A DNA stretch of 64,000 nucleotides, taken from an uncultured Mycoplasma sp. (GTDB lineage: Bacteria; Bacillota_I; Bacilli_A; RF39; UBA660). Location of the stretch: assembly GCA_945947035.1 (NCBI GenBank), contig CAMEXD010000006.1:1574-65573 (forward strand), written 5' to 3'. The translations under genes were made by a program, and so were the position numbers. This document shows, one piece after another, positions 59,613-64,000 of this stretch (its first letter is position 1; each line of letters starts with the position of its first letter). Below the pieces are notes generated by a model, which saw nothing but the letters and a program-made list of their open reading frames with translations, ran no database searches and was not told the origin of the DNA.

Positions 59613-59729
59613 TAAATTTTTTAAAAATTTATGGAATTTTATTAAAAAGTATGTTAGACTTATATATGTAAGAATAAACGTACTTTTTTTTAGTGTATCA
59701 AAAAATAATATAAAGGGAGTGTAAAACCT

Positions 59730-61619
59730 ATGAATTTCTTTAAAAAATTTAATAAATTAGATTTCGGTGATAAAGAAAAAAAGAAAAAAATAATATCACT
59801 TGCAGTAACTATCTTAGGAATTTTATTAATAGTAACAGGAACAAGCGCAGCTTATTTAATGAGTCAAAAAGAAGGTACTAAAAATACGATAACTGCAGGA
59901 ACACTAGTTCTTAGTCTTCCAACAGAAAGCGAAGGAATAACATTAAATGGTGCATTACCAATAAGTGATGAAGCAGGTGTTTCTGGAAGTAATAGTTATA
60001 CATTTGTTTTAAAAAATTCTGGAACATTAAAAATGAATTATGCAATATATCTAAAAAATAAATGTTCAACAACTTCATCTGTAACTATAGGAAGTGAAAC
60101 AATAACACCAGATATATGTATACCAAATGAATATATAAAAGTAGGAATAAAAAAAGGAACAGAAGATTATAAAATATTAACATTAGATAACGATGAATTA
60201 CTTATGAAAGGAACAATGAATTCAAATGAAACCATAGATTTTTCATTAAAAATATGGTTAGATGAAAATATACCAAATGAATATAATGCAATATTAAATG
60301 GAGTAGAAAGAAATGTTATTTATTATGGAAAACTTGAATTAACTGGAAAGCAAACAGCATCTTTAGATACAAGTGGAGCAAATAAACCAGTTCTAGCAAC
60401 AGGAATGATACCAGTATATTATGATGAAACAAATGAAGTATGGAAAAAAGCAGATGAAGCAAATAAGGAAGTAGAAAATAAATGGTATGATTATGATAGT
60501 AAAATGTGGGCTAATGCAGTAACAGTAAGTGATACAAATAGAGATACTTATGTAAAAGCAACTGCAGGAACACCAATTTCTATGGATGATATAAATACAA
60601 TGTGGGTGTGGATACCAAGATTTAGCGCAACTGGTGATACAGCAAATTATAATGGAGGAACAATAGACAATCCTGGAGCATTTAATATAACATTTGTAGA
60701 TAACAAAACAACAGCTCATGATGCATTTACTTTTGGAACACAAAGCTTAAATGGATTTTGGGTAGGCAAGTTTGAAACAAGTCACAATACATTATCAAGT
60801 AGTGAAACAGCAAATAATTTAGGATGTACAAGTGATACTTGTAGTAATGCAAATGGAATAATAATAAAACCAAATGTAGTATCATTAAGATATAATAATG
60901 TAAGTAATTTCTTTTATGCAAATTTAAGTATGAAACAAAGTGGCAATAGTTTTGGTTTTGATACTGGCATAGATACAACATTAGATACGCATATGATGAA
61001 AAACAATGAATGGGGTGCAGTAGCATATTTAACTCAAAGTATATATGGCAGATGTACATCATCAACTTTTTGTACTGAAGTAGGAATAAATAATAATAGC
61101 AGTTTTATAACAGGATATGGAGCACCTGCAGGAAGTAGTAGTTCAGTAACAAATGGTACATACGAAACTGATTTAGGAAAAGATGCATCAACAACAGGAA
61201 ACATTTATGGTGTATATGATATGAGTGGAGGATCATATGAATATATAATGGGCGTATATACAGATGGTACACAAAACTGGTCAGGACGTGGTTCAACATC
61301 TAATTCAGGATTTAGTGGATGCTTAGGAAGTGGTTGTAGTAGTACCTATGATGGAGTAGCATATCCAGAAAGTAGATATTATAATAGTTATACAACAAGT
61401 ACAAATTATACCAATGCTAACTTACAACATGCCCTTACGGAAACACAAAATTGGTTTAGTGATGCCGCGAACTTCGTAAGTGCCGGTTACCCTTGGTTCT
61501 TACGTGGCGGTTCCTTCGGCAACGGTTCAAGTGCGGGTGTTTTCTACTATAATCGCTTCATCAGCAGCGGCGCTAGCTACAGCGGAGGCAGTTCCAGGTC
61601 CTCTCTAATAATTAACTAA
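59730..61619 (+). CDS. Surface protein with SipW/TasA-camelysin-like N-terminus and C-terminal CLec (FGE-like) domain; probable DGR target
   Basis: GTSAAY signal and NTITAGTL; GFWVGKFE, KNNEWGA, TTGNIYGVYDMSGGSYE, PWFLRGG. Confidence 0.8.
   Translation: MNFFKKFNKLDFGDKEKKKKIISLAVTILGILLIVTGTSAAYLMSQKEGTKNTITAGTLVLSLPTESEGITLNGALPISDEAGVSGSNSYTFVLKNSGTLKMNYAIYLKNKCSTTSSVTIGSETITPDICIPNEYIKVGIKKGTEDYKILTLDNDELLMKGTMNSNETIDFSLKIWLDENIPNEYNAILNGVERNVIYYGKLELTGKQTASLDTSGANKPVLATGMIPVYYDETNEVWKKADEANKEVENKWYDYDSKMWANAVTVSDTNRDTYVKATAGTPISMDDINTMWVWIPRFSATGDTANYNGGTIDNPGAFNITFVDNKTTAHDAFTFGTQSLNGFWVGKFETSHNTLSSSETANNLGCTSDTCSNANGIIIKPNVVSLRYNNVSNFFYANLSMKQSGNSFGFDTGIDTTLDTHMMKNNEWGAVAYLTQSIYGRCTSSTFCTEVGINNNSSFITGYGAPAGSSSSVTNGTYETDLGKDASTTGNIYGVYDMSGGSYEYIMGVYTDGTQNWSGRGSTSNSGFSGCLGSGCSSTYDGVAYPESRYYNSYTTSTNYTNANLQHALTETQNWFSDAANFVSAGYPWFLRGGSFGNGSSAGVFYYNRFISSGASYSGGSSRSSLIIN
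61461..61601 (+). other. Putative DGR variable region (VR)
   Basis: 78/140 bases G+C (56%) in an AT-rich gene; 25 of 47 codons end in C. Confidence 0.75.
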
Positions 61620-61643
61620 TTGTTAATTTTAACAATTAGTTAA
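61612..61643. repeat. Perfect 15-bp inverted repeat at the 3' end of the putative DGR target
   Basis: ttaactaattgttaa-tt-ttaacaattagttaa. Confidence 0.85.
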
Positions 61644-61679
61644 AGAACTAACCCCCCACTATAACGAAGAAGAGAAAAA

Positions 61680-62004
61680 TTAATTTTTTCTAAATCCCCA
61701 TTTAATAATGTCATTAGTAGATTGATTTATAATACCACAGTAAGGACAATATTTAGGATTATAGGTTAAAACACCTTCAATTATTTTATAATTCTTTCCT
61801 TTTATTGTTTTTTCGTTACATTCTGTAATAATATGAATATTTTCATCTTTAATATTTAATAAATTTAATATATAATTATTTATAGACATAAGTTTGCTCC
61901 TTTCAATGTTTTGTAAGCAATTACATTGTATCAAACTTATGTCATTTTTAGTAAACAAAAATAGCGTTAGCAAAATTTCCGCCAACACTATTTATAATAC
62001 AACC
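61680..62004 (-). mobile_element. Truncated ISL3-family IS: left end plus N-terminal transposase fragment (61889-61680)
   Basis: ILNLLNIKD..LTYNPKYCPYCG....KWGF zinc-finger N-terminus then stop; end reads GGTTGTATTATAAATAGTGTTGG on the minus strand. Confidence 0.75.
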
Positions 62005-62012
62005 TTAAAAAT

Positions 62013-62219
62013 TTAATTGACCTTTTTTATTACAATATTAGCTAGTTTTTCTTTATCATTATTATCTAAATCATTCCATATAAGTTCTAATATAACACCA
62101 AGTCCTGGAAGTACTAGTTCATCTTTACTAGTTATTGATTCATCTATAATACTTATAATACCTTTTACATCTTCATTTTTTAAATTATTTATTATATTTT
62201 TTCTTATATCTATTTCCAA
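62013..62219 (-). CDS. sspI: Small acid-soluble spore protein SspI
   Basis: DIRKNII..., DELVLPGLGVILELIW; TTG start after aggtg. Confidence 0.88.
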   Translation of the reverse strand: MEIDIRKNIINNLKNEDVKGIISIIDESITSKDELVLPGLGVILELIWNDLDNNDKEKLANIVIKKVN

Positions 62220-62320
62220 TTTTATCACCTAAATATATTATGTAAATTTTTATAATTTTTATTTATTATATTGTAATTTTTCTTTATTTTTTGTATACTT
62301 ATTTTATAAGGAGGAAGTTT

Positions 62321-62872
62321 ATGATAATAGGAATTATAATTGCAGTTTTAGTTGTACTTGTTGTTATTTGGTATTTTTCAACATATAATAATCTAGTTAG
62401 TTTGAGAAATAAGAAGGATAATGAATGGAGTCAAATTGATGTTCAACTAAAAAGAAGAAGTGATCTTATACCTAATTTAGTTGAAACTGTAAAAGGTTAT
62501 GCTAAACATGAAAGTGAAACTTTAGAAGAAGTAATTAAAGCAAGAAACACTTATGTAAGTGCTACAACACCAGAAGAAGCTATGAAAGCATCTGGAGAAA
62601 TTACTCAAGCTTTATCAAAGTTATTTGCTTTATCTGAAAGTTATCCTGATTTAAAAGCTAATCAAAACTTTATTAGTTTACAAAATGATTTAAAAGAAAC
62701 TGAAGATAAGATTTCTTATGCAAGACAATTTTATAATGATGCAGTTTTAACTTATAATAATAAAGTTGAAATGATACCTTCTAACATAGTTGCTAAAATT
62801 TCTAAGTTTGAAAAAGGAATTTTCTTTGAAGTAGTTGAAGAAGATAAAAAAGCACCACAAGTTAAATTTTAA
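62321..62872 (+). CDS. lemA: LemA family protein
   Basis: YNNLV, WSQIDVQLKRRSDLIPNLVETVKGY, YPDLKAN, ARQFYN. Confidence 0.95.
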   Translation: MIIGIIIAVLVVLVVIWYFSTYNNLVSLRNKKDNEWSQIDVQLKRRSDLIPNLVETVKGYAKHESETLEEVIKARNTYVSATTPEEAMKASGEITQALSKLFALSESYPDLKANQNFISLQNDLKETEDKISYARQFYNDAVLTYNNKVEMIPSNIVAKISKFEKGIFFEVVEEDKKAPQVKF

Positions 62873-62911
62873 AACTTACATTTGTGTAAGTTTTTTTAGA
62901 AAGAGGGATAT

Positions 62912-64000
62912 ATGAAAAAACTCAAATATATTTTATTTTTATTGTTTACGTTTTTTATAAATATAGGTTTAGTTTGTGCCAAAGATGATGTTATAAATAG
63001 AATTGATGTTTCTATTACTTTAGATAATTCAGGTAATGCTCATATTGAAGAGGTATGGGATGTATTTGCCAATATGGGGACTGAGTTTTATAAAGCAGAA
63101 TATAATTTAGGTAATATGGAAATATCAAATTTTAAAGTCTATGAAAATGGTATTTTATTTACTTTTATTGATGATTGGGATGTTGATGAAAGTTTAAGCT
63201 ATAAAGCATATAAAAATGGTATAAATTATACAAGTTCAGGTATTGAACTATGTTGGGGTAAAGGTAGTATGGGGCATCATACTTTTAAAATAACGTATGA
63301 TGTGTCAAATTTTGTATTTAAAACAGAAGATTCTGATGTCGTTTATTGGCAAGTAATAAATGAAGGTATGAGTAATGTGCCTAAAAACTTTTCACTTGTT
63401 TTAGATGGTTTTTATTACTTTCCTGATACACTCGATGTATGGGGATTTGGTTATAAAGGATATGCTTATGTAAAAGAAGGAAAAGTTTATATGTCAAACG
63501 AAGAAAATACCAATTTATCAAGTGGTGATTATGCAGTTGTGCTTATTAAATTTCCACTTTCTACTTTTAATATAACAAGTTCTAATACTTATGATAAGTT
63601 TAATAATTTTGACGAAGTATTAAATATGGCTGAAGAAGGAACGTTTTCTTATAACTATGATAACAATAGTATTTTTGATATTATTCTTCCAATATTTTTT
63701 ACAATATTTTTTCCATTTTTATTAATATTTATTGTAGCAAAGGCTACTAATGGTTTTAGTAGGTATAGTTTTGAATCATTAGGTAAAAAAATAGATTATA
63801 AAAATATTCATAATTATAGAGATATACCTTGTAAAAAAGATATCTTTAGAGCATATTTTTTATCTCAAGCCTATAGTATAAATAAAAATGAAACTGATTT
63901 TTTAGGAAGTCTACTACTTAAATGGTTATTTGAAGGTAAAATTAAAATTGAAAAACGTGAAAATAAAAGTCTATTTGGTAGTAAAGAAGAACAATGTATT
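62912..64000 (+). CDS. DUF2207 family membrane protein (runs off the window end)
   Basis: MKKLKYILFLL signal, DVSITLDNSGNAHIEEVW; follows lemA; not in ORF track because it is open-ended. Confidence 0.75.
   Translation, partial: MKKLKYILFLLFTFFINIGLVCAKDDVINRIDVSITLDNSGNAHIEEVWDVFANMGTEFYKAEYNLGNMEISNFKVYENGILFTFIDDWDVDESLSYKAYKNGINYTSSGIELCWGKGSMGHHTFKITYDVSNFVFKTEDSDVVYWQVINEGMSNVPKNFSLVLDGFYYFPDTLDVWGFGYKGYAYVKEGKVYMSNEENTNLSSGDYAVVLIKFPLSTFNITSSNTYDKFNNFDEVLNMAEEGTFSYNYDNNSIFDIILPIFFTIFFPFLLIFIVAKATNGFSRYSFESLGKKIDYKNIHNYRDIPCKKDIFRAYFLSQAYSINKNETDFLGSLLLKWLFEGKIKIEKRENKSLFGSKEEQCI

Overview
Very AT-rich chromosomal segment of a low-GC Bacillota. It uses the standard code (TGA stops, TGG Trp) and has peptidoglycan, competence-pilus and sporulation genes in partly Bacillus-like order; an RF39-like gut Bacilli origin is my inference. 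The backbone is housekeeping (pilC/pilD, pbp, xerC, murE/F, queH, lexA, glyS with T-box, recD2, cmk-alaS-thyA-folA-tmk, spoVB, dacB, rluB, cdsA-rseP, tdk-ppdK, 13 tRNAs). The notable signals are mostly non-coding or missed by the ORF track: (1) an island at 52.6-54.4 kb with an AbiD/AbiF-family HEPN gene, its own promoter/terminator-bounded ~65-nt sRNA, and 2.2 copies of a 49-nt pseudoknot repeat (three compensatory base-pair changes) resembling a CptI type III antitoxin but with no CptN toxin gene; (2) a TasA/camelysin-like surface protein whose last ~47 codons look like a DGR variable region, with a perfect downstream hairpin and no RT in the window; (3) a C39 ABC exporter with three unannotated small peptides; (4) a solo MvaI/BcnI-like nuclease behind a 22-bp inverted copy of tRNA-Ile; (5) a split two-protein sensor kinase with NarL regulator and operator repeats; (6) an unassigned structured RNA at the window start. 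All family calls are by motif recognition, not database search.
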